From NCBI GenBank assembly GCA_009859145.1, contig VRVR01000011.1, positions 136,097 to 200,096 on the forward strand: a DNA stretch of 64,000 nucleotides, read 5' to 3'. Made by a program: the position numbers and the translations under genes. Below are positions 1 through 9,648 of the stretch, piece after piece (position 1 is the first letter of the stretch; every line of letters begins with the position of its first letter). The notes under the pieces were generated by a model that was not told the DNA's origin, made no database searches, and saw nothing but the letters and a program-made list of their open reading frames with translations. This DNA is from Andalucia godoyi And28. Its lineage: Eukaryota > Protista > Jakobida.

Positions 1-1779
1 GTGGTACATGAGAATCGCCTCATCGATGCTGCCCTTGAGATGCAGCGCGATCCCCAATGCGAAATACACATCGACTTCCAGGGGACGGACCTGAATGCAT
101 TGCCGATACAGCTCGATCGATTCATCAACCTTGGCAAGGCTCCGCAGAGCATGTGCTGCGTTCATTGCAAATTCGAAACTCCCATCGGTAATGCGATGAC
201 CAGGGGACTGGGCGAGGGCCAGTGCTAAGGCCTTTTGGAAGAACATGGATGCATCCGCCAACAAGCCTTGCCGATATTTCAGCACTCCCAGTTCGTTCCA
301 GACACATGGATCCGATGCACCGTGTTTGCAAGCCGTATCTAAATTCATTTCAGCGAACGGGAAATTATCGGCAGTCATGTACTCTTGCCCCAGGTACAGG
401 AGAGGTACATGCGATTCGGGACACAAACGCTGTGCTTGTCGGTAGGCCGCGATGGCTTGATCCGACTCGTCCTCCATGGTATAGGAATGACCAATCGCGA
501 TGTGTGCTTCGGGAAATCGCGAATGCTTGCTCACGGCTTTGATCAGCCACTTTCGAGCCTTGTCGCATTGCCGCTGCGCAAGACAGTACACTCCAGAGAT
601 GTAAAACCCCACAGCTTCCGCTAACGGTCCTTGCACTCCTGGTGGATTCTTCAGATTGTGTGATGCAAGAACGTACAGGTCCTGGATCCTCCCAAGAGAA
701 AAGAGAATCGAAACAAACAGCAGCTGTGCCTGGGGATTCGACACCTCCAAGAAAGCTTGGTACGGCGAAGGCTGCAGAATTGCGAAAGCGTCGGGGTTCA
801 CAAGTGGAACATCAAAAGCATCCACGGCTCCGAGTTCCTTCTTCCGTCTTCCATCCCTTCCCACGAAGGACGCTACGAACGAATGGGACAGCCCAGATCC
901 ATGGCGAGAAAACGACAGGAATGGCACGGAAGACGCAGATCGACACGAGTGAATGACTGCCAACGCTTCATTGAACTGCCGTTGCTCCTCCATTTGTCTG
1001 GTCTGCGCGAGTACAACACTCGAACTGAGCTGCAGCCCGTACACCTCTGTGCAGTCCTGAATTGCCGATGCCCTATGTTTCATGTTTTGAGATGAGAGTC
1101 CGTACACCGAACGCACAAAGGGAGGCAGTGACTCTAGCAGCGCAAACTCGTCGTCCGCGCTGGTCTGCGCCATCTCCTGCAGTCGACGGAACGCCTCATG
1201 CTGAAACGGGTCTGCCTCCAGCGCACTGGCATACCAATGTGCAGCTCTACTGAAGTTTTCAAGCGCCTCATAAATCCTCCCTCTGCAGAAGAAAAACGCA
1301 GCAAGCGCCGTGGGACTTGTCGTCAATGCACTTTCAGCAGCAGAATCTTCTCCAAGCAAGTCAAAGGCAGCATCCCAATCCTGGATTTCAATCATCGCTT
1401 GCACGCAAAGCAAACGAGCCTCTACATTGCGCTGCGCAAGGCGAAATTGTTGCCGCAGCAGAAATGACACTCTTGCAAACTCGCGACTGTGAAACAAACT
1501 GGTCGCAAGCATCAGCACAGCGTGGGTAAACTCGGCTTCGAAAAAATCTTCCTTCTTATCAAAACTAGCATTGATACTGGTTGTGGACCGCTCCGCGTGC
1601 TCAGCGTGACACCCTTCATGAATATGCGATGCAGAAGCCTGTAGTTGACGGTCGGATTCATGTTGCGCAAGCATCAACGACACCAGTTGATCTGCAAAAA
1701 ACGTCGCACTTTTGAACTGTCGCGAATCAATAAGCGACTGAACAGCTCGCCGCAGCTGATTCAACGACCCAGAATCCAT
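1..1779 (-). CDS. CDC16: Anaphase-promoting complex subunit 6 (APC6/Cdc16), TPR protein; 3' end runs off the window
   Basis: Not in the ORF track because there is no stop inside the window. Hand translation from ATG 1779 gives MDSGSLNQLRRAVQSLIDSRQFKSATFFADQLVSL...SLFHSREFARV...RGRIYEALENFSRAAHWYASALEADPFQHEAF and, at the edge, ALGIALHLKGSIDEAILMYH. These match the APC6 N-terminal, middle and last-TPR patterns. I spot-translated most but not every line; there is an in-frame stop upstream of the ATG. Confidence 0.85.
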   Translation of the reverse strand, partial: MDSGSLNQLRRAVQSLIDSRQFKSATFFADQLVSLMLAQHESDRQLQASASHIHEGCHAEHAERSTTSINASFDKKEDFFEAEFTHAVLMLATSLFHSREFARVSFLLRQQFRLAQRNVEARLLCVQAMIEIQDWDAAFDLLGEDSAAESALTTSPTALAAFFFCRGRIYEALENFSRAAHWYASALEADPFQHEAFRRLQEMAQTSADDEFALLESLPPFVRSVYGLSSQNMKHRASAIQDCTEVYGLQLSSSVVLAQTRQMEEQRQFNEALAVIHSCRSASSVPFLSFSRHGSGLSHSFVASFVGRDGRRKKELGAVDAFDVPLVNPDAFAILQPSPYQAFLEVSNPQAQLLFVSILFSLGRIQDLYVLASHNLKNPPGVQGPLAEAVGFYISGVYCLAQRQCDKARKWLIKAVSKHSRFPEAHIAIGHSYTMEDESDQAIAAYRQAQRLCPESHVPLLYLGQEYMTADNFPFAEMNLDTACKHGASDPCVWNELGVLKYRQGLLADASMFFQKALALALAQSPGHRITDGSFEFAMNAAHALRSLAKVDESIELYRQCIQVRPLEVDVYFALGIALHLKGSIDEAILMYH

Positions 1780-2141
1780 CTCCAGAAAGCCAAATCCCGC
1801 CACGCAACGTCCAAATCCCCGCACACCAACAAACCCAGCAACGAAATCACAAATGCTAAATTAAATGAATTCGTCCAAAAAGCAACCAGGATGCACACTG
1901 AAAGCTGGAAAAAAGCGTTTTGGGGGGGCGCCACAAACTACGGCAGTTTTCCGCGATTGAGTATATTCACCCACTTGAAATTTGAGTCGTGTTTCGCACA
2001 CATTCCGCGTATGCATTTCGTTTTTTCCACAAAGATGTGGTTGATTTATTATTATTATTATTATTTTTACGTAACAAACTTCAAGGTGTGTCTTTTAGAT
2101 GAATTAAACAGTGCATTCAAGATGGATATGATGCTAGCATA

Positions 2142-4127
2142 ATGGCGGATTTGGCGTTTAGGAATTCAGAGGTTTTGATGCGAGTGCTGTCTTTCACAGA
2201 ATCGACATGGTTGCAGAGATCCTTGCTTGCGCTTGTTTCGCGAGATTTTGCGCATGTTTGTTCATATTTGCCTGTTTCGGAAAGGCTTCACATTGCGCGG
2301 ATTCCGCATTTCTTGAAATCTCCGTTCTGGAACCCTTCTGCACTTTGCAAGATTCTGGTTTCATCATGCAGCTTGCATACGAGTAAGCACACTTGGCCGC
2401 AGTACACGGATACGCTTGTGGATTCGCTACGAGAATGCCGCAACTTGTCTGCAATTGAATTCCGGCGAATTTCGCTAGACCTTGGCCATCCCGGATTGTT
2501 GGAGCTGTTTGCTCGAATTGCAGGGAGTGCGTGCAATGCGATAAGTTCTCTGGAATTCAGGGACTGTGAGATTGTAGGAAATCCAGCAGATACGATTGAA
2601 TCGGGAAGATGGAGAAGCGATGCGTGTTCCACGCTGCCTTTTGTTCATCTATCGTTTGAACGCTGCCAGAGCCTGTCTTGCTCTCGTGGTTTGTTGTTTT
2701 ATACTCATTTGCTCCACTTCTATTCACGAGTTTCTGCAATTTATCTGTCGCTGGATTCTGTATCAATCTTTCCGAGGCATGATTCGCGCGATGCTCATGC
2801 TGCCGATATCGAGGAATTCGCTGGGATTGTTTCTCGATTGTGCTTACGATCTTTCAACTGTTTGAATCGAAAGGAAGTGTCGTATCTCGATTTGGAGGTC
2901 TGTGATGCAATATCCCGGCGAGCTGCTGTCTGCTTGGAATTGCGTGCATTTGCAAGTCTTTATACGTCGAGCGTGGGCGTCGATTCATTGGACACCATCT
3001 TGATGGAACTTCTTCAGTCTCAAGGAGCGCATCCGGTGCTGGAGACCTTCGCGTTGACTGCTCCGTATAATCTAAGTATCGACATATTGTCTTCCTTCCG
3101 CGGGCTGCTTCCTCGCCTGCAAAGCCTGTTCAAATTGACGCTGGACTGCTATTATGACGAATCACCCGAAAATGCCGTCGAAACAGACGGTTTGTTCAAG
3201 ATTCTGTGCCAAAAATGCAAGCAACTGCGCGAACTTTCCGTTGCAATGTCGGAAGACGTGGAGTTTTACTCAGAAGAGGTGCTGTCTTCCCTTGCTGTTG
3301 GCGAGCTGCCCAATCTCATGGGGTTTTCCGTTCAACAATTGACTGTGGAAAGATGGGATACCATCAGCGCAAGCTGGGCCTCCGGTCTTAGGCGCTTGGA
3401 TGTCACTGTTGCTACTGCAGGGTTTTTTGGACATCTCGCAACCGTCCTCCGCGCTTCAAAGTTGGAGGCTATTTCCGTCGTGAATTGCTCATTCGTGGAC
3501 GAGAAAGAGGCCAAGGTGTTCGGGCGTGCACTCTGTCACTCGCATGTTTCCCGCGTGTCGCTTCGTCTCAATGGCTTGGACGACGAGTTGTTTGAGTGTC
3601 TGTTTCTGCCGTTCGCGACCGAAGACGTGTCTGGCAAGTCTTTGCGGATGCTGGATATTGGCTCGCAGTTAATCACGGAGTCGTCGTTCCCTTTGCTTGC
3701 ACGCGTTCTCTCAGCAAATGCTGCTCTTGAAGTTTTTGAGATTTCGGACTGCGGTTTCGTGCACGGGCCGCATTGTTCTGTGCTTTTTGGTGTGCTTCCG
3801 CAGTCCATTTGCGAGGCCCGCATTGTAATCCCACAGCCCACAGAGGATCGGTTGGTATTGGACGCTTCTGTTGCCGCCGGGAAGCGTTGTCCACGACTTT
3901 ACCAACTTGGAATTGCGTTTGAGCATCCCGGGCCGCTGTTCCTTGATGATTTCACGCGTGATGTTGCGCGGCTGACTCGTATTTCTGAAATTGACATTGC
4001 CGTTGCGCAGGGCGGTCTCTCTTCCGACTCCATTTCTATCGCCAGCATTCCGCTGTTGCTTCCTCTGGAAAGCAACGGGAGGACCCTGACGTTTTCGAGT
4101 TTTTCACAACATCGAACCGTCATGTAA
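2142..4127 (+). CDS. F-box-like / RNI-type leucine-rich repeat protein
   Basis: 661-aa ORF. The N-terminus resembles an F-box (EVLMRVLSF...LALVSRDF), followed by LxxLxL repeats (LSAIEF, LETFAL, LFKLTL, LRELSV, LRMLDI, LEVFEI). Confidence 0.6.
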   Translation: MADLAFRNSEVLMRVLSFTESTWLQRSLLALVSRDFAHVCSYLPVSERLHIARIPHFLKSPFWNPSALCKILVSSCSLHTSKHTWPQYTDTLVDSLRECRNLSAIEFRRISLDLGHPGLLELFARIAGSACNAISSLEFRDCEIVGNPADTIESGRWRSDACSTLPFVHLSFERCQSLSCSRGLLFYTHLLHFYSRVSAIYLSLDSVSIFPRHDSRDAHAADIEEFAGIVSRLCLRSFNCLNRKEVSYLDLEVCDAISRRAAVCLELRAFASLYTSSVGVDSLDTILMELLQSQGAHPVLETFALTAPYNLSIDILSSFRGLLPRLQSLFKLTLDCYYDESPENAVETDGLFKILCQKCKQLRELSVAMSEDVEFYSEEVLSSLAVGELPNLMGFSVQQLTVERWDTISASWASGLRRLDVTVATAGFFGHLATVLRASKLEAISVVNCSFVDEKEAKVFGRALCHSHVSRVSLRLNGLDDELFECLFLPFATEDVSGKSLRMLDIGSQLITESSFPLLARVLSANAALEVFEISDCGFVHGPHCSVLFGVLPQSICEARIVIPQPTEDRLVLDASVAAGKRCPRLYQLGIAFEHPGPLFLDDFTRDVARLTRISEIDIAVAQGGLSSDSISIASIPLLLPLESNGRTLTFSSFSQHRTVM

Positions 4128-4620
4128 CAAAAGCCGTGTGCCGTACACATGTTTAACTATCCATTCTCTACGAATCCGATCGTTTGCAAGCAGCTGTGCC
4201 TTGACATCCATCGCACAGCACGCACAAACAAGTTGCACCTCGTTTTTTTGTGTTTGTTTTTTTCCCCACATACGTTTCAACTTGCTGTCCTTGTAGCCGC
4301 CCCCCCCCCCCCTTTCTCATTACCTTACTTTATCTCGCTCAACAAGAGATTTTCAGACGATGATATTCTTCTGTCCGCCGGTTTTTTTCATTCACGACAG
4401 TTCATCGTCATTCCCATGCCCGTCCTGCCCGGCGACCGGCAGATCTGGTTCAAGATTGGAATGGTGCGCACAACATCAACTGGAAGAACGATTCGGCGTG
4501 CTGGGGCCTGCCACCCATTTCCGAATTGAATTCACATTCAGTTCGGATGCAAGACTTCATACGGATGACCAACAATGCTTCGCCATGCTTCATGTACAAT
4601 GCAGGCGAACGCAGTAAACT

Positions 4621-6492
4621 TTATTCATCCATTTCATCAACAGAATTGTACATCCTGATGAGTTGCAACTCATCAGCGTCTTCCGGGGACATTGGCGCAC
4701 GCGCCGCAGCTTCATCCCCTGCCACACGACCATAACCGCGTTTCGACGAGCGCCATAACTTCCAATACGCAAGGCAAGTGAATATCAAGAATGTCAACAG
4801 CACGGCCGACGACGTCGCAAACAAAATAAGGAGAGAGTGCAGGAGACCAGCGGAGGAACCGTCAACGTACTGGCAAGACTCGACATCGAATTGGATCTGT
4901 CCGTACCGACTGCCATCCCAGCTCTCTGACGATTGAACTCCTTCTGAATTCAGGCACGGGCGATAAGAATCTGCAGGGACCCATTTGATGACACGGCGGA
5001 TGCCGTCGGACACGCATGCAGTGCGAAACACCTGTGTGTCCGAAACAACCTTGTTCCAGTCAATCGGTGGGCAAGGGAGGCATACCTCGGCCGATTCATA
5101 CATAGAATCATTGATCCTCAAGAATGGCACGCGAACCAAGCGAGGATTGCAAACAGCGACAACCCGCATGCCCGAATCGTGTTCGGCTGCATACCGACGT
5201 GAATGTTGCGTCGACTGCAGTAAACCGTGACTACGATTCGCAAATTCCAAGCTTGTTAGCGACACTCTGTGCACATCCAGCCACGTTGCAAGTGGTCTTT
5301 CCGATGCCATCCAGACCTTCCAGAAGGTGAGATTGCTCGGAAAGGCACACGCAGAGGATCCTTCGTCCGACACCAAACCATCTGGACACGGGCGGCAGCT
5401 ACTTGCGTCGTAGCCGAAAGAGTATGTATTCGCCTTACAGGGGACGCAACTGGGACGTTCAGGACTCGAAACAGCGGTGGATGCCGAATTGCTCGCCGCT
5501 ACAAAGCCCGGAGGACAGTCCGTCGACAAGGCCGCATTGTCGCGGATGCATTCACTGGCGTATGGCGCAACTCCGGACAACAGGACACGAAAGAGAAATG
5601 CTCGATCCAAACCCATTGTGCGCGATGCATCGCGCACGTAGGACCAGGAAAACAAGTGGCCTCCTGCAGAAACACGAGTCCACGGCGCCTGGAGAATCGA
5701 AATGTTCTTCCCGGAATACAAAAAAGCGCCGACTTTCTGAAACCCTGTGGCTGTGCTGGCAGTGATATAGTCCGAGGATGCAACCCGTGCGATTGCAAGT
5801 GCCCCGTCTACGGAGAACTCCAGGCCATCGTACACATAGGATCCATAGTGCTCCGCATCGACGGCAAACCAGAAGCTTATGAAACCATTGGAGGTAAACG
5901 ACAACGGTATCTCCAAATCCGAGCGCAGAGCGTCCTCGAGAATCTGCGTTCCCGAGTCCCAGAAATGAAGTTCTGCAGAGGACTCGTTGGAGAAGAAAGG
6001 AAAGCTCAAGCGACGATCCGTTGGCGTTGTTGATGCCACCGACGGCCAGGAAACATCATTCTCGAAAAGTGTGTACTGCGCAGTCTTGAACGGTCCATTC
6101 CACGCCACACAGCTTCCGGACCGCACATCAGGTATCTGTGCATGAGCTTCTCCTTGTGCTGGTGCTGTTTCTGGTGTTGACTGATGAAATCGCGATGGAT
6201 TCAGAAGGCCTTTCAGACAATACGAGCGAAGATTTGCAAACGTCCGAAAATCGAGAGCAGATAAAATTCGACTGTGTGGATTGCGAGATCGTGTGGTTGG
6301 TGGGCATTTGACACACTCCATGGCATTTCCTTCTGCAGAAATCTGTGCAGCATAGTTCGGAGGGCACGACAGCACCGGATACAGTGACTGCAGTGTCGCG
6401 CCCCATGAATCACTTGCACAGCCACAAGGAAGAAGAACACCGCACAGGAAAACCAAGGCGAAAATAAGGCGAACACTCCCGAGATGCATCAT
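4621..6492 (-). CDS. Type I membrane protein with Cys-rich (GCC2/GCC3, TNFR-like) repeats, ELAPOR/KIAA1324-like
   Basis: Signal peptide (MMHLGSVRLIFALVFLCG), then GFISFWFAVDAE...DGLEFSVDG, GGHLFSWSYVRD...DRAFL, CVPCKANTYS...CRPCPDG, a single C-terminal TM helix and a short tail. Start trimmed to the ATG pair at 6492/6489. Confidence 0.6.
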   Translation of the reverse strand: MMHLGSVRLIFALVFLCGVLLPCGCASDSWGATLQSLYPVLSCPPNYAAQISAEGNAMECVKCPPTTRSRNPHSRILSALDFRTFANLRSYCLKGLLNPSRFHQSTPETAPAQGEAHAQIPDVRSGSCVAWNGPFKTAQYTLFENDVSWPSVASTTPTDRRLSFPFFSNESSAELHFWDSGTQILEDALRSDLEIPLSFTSNGFISFWFAVDAEHYGSYVYDGLEFSVDGALAIARVASSDYITASTATGFQKVGAFLYSGKNISILQAPWTRVSAGGHLFSWSYVRDASRTMGLDRAFLFRVLLSGVAPYASECIRDNAALSTDCPPGFVAASNSASTAVSSPERPSCVPCKANTYSFGYDASSCRPCPDGLVSDEGSSACAFPSNLTFWKVWMASERPLATWLDVHRVSLTSLEFANRSHGLLQSTQHSRRYAAEHDSGMRVVAVCNPRLVRVPFLRINDSMYESAEVCLPCPPIDWNKVVSDTQVFRTACVSDGIRRVIKWVPADSYRPCLNSEGVQSSESWDGSRYGQIQFDVESCQYVDGSSAGLLHSLLILFATSSAVLLTFLIFTCLAYWKLWRSSKRGYGRVAGDEAAARAPMSPEDADELQLIRMYNSVDEMDE

Positions 6493-6890
6493 CACTCTAC
6501 AAACCCCTATGCAAAACCTGGAAATGCACAGCTCCGGTTTTGGCATGTGCTCACTGCTAAAAGCCGCATACATCACGCGACTCGGAAAAGAATTGGAAAT
6601 GGATGCGTTCTTTAAAAAAAAGCCATTCCACATTCGAAACAACACATACATAATATTTGGGTGCATTCGGGAAAATGAAGAGATTTTTCTCCGGTAAAAA
6701 ATAAATCGGGGATGCGAACAAGGGTTATTGAAAACCCTACTTCCTGCAGGAATTCTCTTATGCTGCAGGACTTCGTTTTGCGTTCGGTTTCTGGCTTTTT
6801 TTCTTATTCATGAAAGTGAGAATTGCTGTGGCTGCTTTTTTTTTTTGTTTGATTGTTTGATTGTTTGATTTTAGTTTGTAATAGAAGAAA

Positions 6891-6920
6891 TTGCAGTTGC
6901 AGTTGCAGTTGCAGTTGCAG
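6891..6920 (+). repeat. (TTGCAG)5 hexamer tandem repeat just upstream of the DLAT start
   Basis: ttgcag repeated five times directly in the sequence, after a T-rich tract; the first ATG follows at 6936. Confidence 0.9.
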
Positions 6921-6935
6921 TGGAGGACGTTACTG

Positions 6936-7313
6936 ATGATGCCGATGATGCCGATTATGATGCGAGCTGCACGAGTTCGGATCCCTTTGCGCAGCTTTGC
7001 GACCTCTGAGATTTGCATGCCTGCTCTTTCTCCGACGATGACCAAGGGAAACCTTGCCCGTTGGCGCAAGAAGGAAGGCGACAAGTTCAAGCCTGGTGAT
7101 ATCCTGTGTGAGATTGAGACCGACAAGGCAACTCTAGAGTTTGAAATGACAGAGTCCGGATACCTTGCAAAGATTCTTGCCGTCGAAGGCACCCAGGAAG
7201 TCTCTGTCGGCTCTGCAATTGCAGTTGCTGTCGACTCGGAAGCCGAAATCGCAGGTGCAAAGAACTATTCTTCAAATACAGCGTCGTCTGCTTCTGCCTC
7301 TGCCTCTGCCTCC

Positions 7314-7352
<39 letters not shown>

Positions 7353-8372
7353 TCGTCTGCCGCTGCCACAGCTGCTTCAACTCCTGCTTCTTCAATTCCT
7401 TCCACTGTTGCTGCATCCTCGAATGCGAGTGCCGGAGATCGCGTGTTTGCCTCTCCGTACGCAAAGAAGATTGCCGGTGAGAACAACGTGAACATTGCAG
7501 AGGTGAAGAAGCTGAATTCTGGACCTCGAATTGTCTCTGCTGATGTGAATGCACATCTTGCGAGTCGCTCGTCTGCTGCACAAGAAACGGCTGGCGCAGC
7601 CTCAACAACTGCGTCATCGATCTCTGCGGCTGCTGGTGCAGGAAATGTGTTCACAGACGTTTCGTTGAATGCGATCCGTAAGCGCATTGCACAGCGCCTG
7701 TTTGAGTCCAAGTCGACGATCCCGCACTACTATCTTACGGTAGAGATTGAGATGGATGCGCTCCTTGCGGTGCGATCTGCACTGAACGAGTCGCTTTCTA
7801 ACAATTCCCTGTTGAAAGACAAGAAGGCAAAGCTGTCCGTGAACGACTTTGTGATCAAGGCTGCATCGCTCGCAAACAAGCTTGTTCCTGAAGCAAACTC
7901 CTCTTGGCAGGGCTCCTTTATCCGCACGTTCCACAACGTCGACACAAACATTGCCATTGCAACTCCGAACGGCCTCGTTGCACCGCTTATCAAGGGCACG
8001 GATACGAAGGGACTCGTCGATATCTCGTCTGCGGTCCGTGAGCTTGCGGACAAGGCAAAGGACGGAAAGCTGTCTCCGGAAGAACTCCAGCCGGGTACAT
8101 TTACCATCTCCAACCTTGGAATGTTTGGTGTTTCTCAATTTGCAGCCATCATCAATCCGCCGCAGTCCTGCATCCTTGCAGTCGGTTCTGCAAAGAAGGC
8201 TGTTTTGGTGAACGAAGACGCGGCAAAGAACTCGGCCGAGCGATTCCGAGAGGCCACCGTCTTGAATGCAACCCTTTCATGCGACCACAGAGTCGTCGAC
8301 GGGGCTGTTGGTGCACAGTGGTTGCAGCACTTTAAGCGTCTCCTTGAGAACCCTTCCCAGATGCTTCTCTAA
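6936..8372 (+). CDS. DLAT: Mitochondrial pyruvate dehydrogenase E2 (dihydrolipoamide acetyltransferase)
   Basis: Targeting peptide, one lipoyl domain (MPALSPTM...EIETDKAT), an Ala/Pro hinge, an E3-binding domain (ASPYAKKIA) and the catalytic SCDHRVVDGA motif. Several closely spaced ATGs make the exact start uncertain. Confidence 0.95.
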
Positions 8373-8609
8373 CCAAACCCAAAATGCCCTTCTTCTTCTT
8401 CTTGTTGTTGTTGTTCCAGTTTTTGTTATGTTGTGTATGTCCGTTCGGGAGAGAAGCTTCAACCTTTGAGAGGATGGTTTTGAAAGAAACTATTGTTCCG
8501 GCTCCATAAAAGTTTTTCCTTTTTATACATGTACATGTACCATTCGTTGTCTTGTTTTCAATTTGCCTTCGGGGGGGGGGGGGGTTGTGCAACCGATAAT
8601 CGCAACCTG

Positions 8610-9081
8610 TCTTTCCAAGATGCCGAGAACCAAGAAACCCGTTGGTTCTCCCTCGTCGGAGACGGAAAGCAAGGACAAGAAGAAGATCGTCAGACGGCAA
8701 CTTGTTGCGCAAGCTGGTAATGATCAAAAATCACGAAGATGTGGTTGATTTGCGTTCGGAATGCGCTTTCTTTCAAGCCAGAGGACAAGAAGGGGCAATG
8801 GCAAAAGCGTCGTCAGGCCCGATGTGCAACGCCGCCGCCGACATTCTGTTTCTTCCAACGTTCATTTTTTTGAATGCTGAACCAATTGGGAAATGTGTTG
8901 GTTGCGATAGCTCTTTGATGCAGAGCAATCTGCATTGAAGAGTTGGTGCTCGCTCTAAATATTTAAATAAATAAATAAATAAATAAATGTGGGTTGGATC
9001 TGTCGCTTTGCCCGATGACCAATAATGATTCATGTTTTGGGCGAGCGGAAAAGTGATCAAAAATGTCAATAACCTCCGCTC
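8610..9081 (+). mobile_element. Dispersed repeat family 2, copy 1: decayed ORF start plus structured 3' module
   Basis: Two blocks (8610-8690 and 8904-9048) align to the reverse complement of 53750-53970, including 39 identical nt (8915-8953 = rc of 53848-53886). Mobile origin is inferred from dispersal and decay. Confidence 0.65.
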
Positions 9082-9648
9082 CAATCTCCCCGATTACAGG
9101 ATATCCAACGATGTGTTCAATAATTGAAAAACATCATAAAGAATTTAAAATGCTAGTCCTAAACACTGCTAGAAAAAACGCCAAGGCTTCTTTCTTGTAT
9201 GCAGATATACATATGAATATATTAGTATACAATATTAGTATTATTATCCTTCCGTTCTTTCTGTTTCTGTGTTTACGCGACTTCTTTAATTTTAAGAAAG
9301 ATACTCTTCTGTGTCGATCTTCTTTAACAGCAACCAACGACGGTACTTCTTCTTTTCTGGTGTTTCTTCGTGCATTCCCCCCTTTCTCTCTCTCTTCCCC
9401 CAACCTCTTCTGAACGTCGTACTTGCTGCGTATGCCGATTCAACGTAGACGGAGAAAAAGGAACCATACATAGGGAGCAGCAGGCTGTCTAGGGTTTTAT
9501 CTTGCAGCTTGCATAGTTACCGACTTTGTGCGAGTTTCCCATAGACAAGCCGTGTCATTTAACAGATTTTTTTTATTTTCAGCGTTTTCCCTCTTCTCGT
9601 TCTGCTTGTCTTTCACTTCCTGTCGGTTGTGCTTGTTGCTGGTGATCG

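Noticed and set aside
1-2142. Many short plus-strand ORFs, including 1645-2142
   Set aside because: They are antisense shadows of APC6 or run through the divergent promoter.
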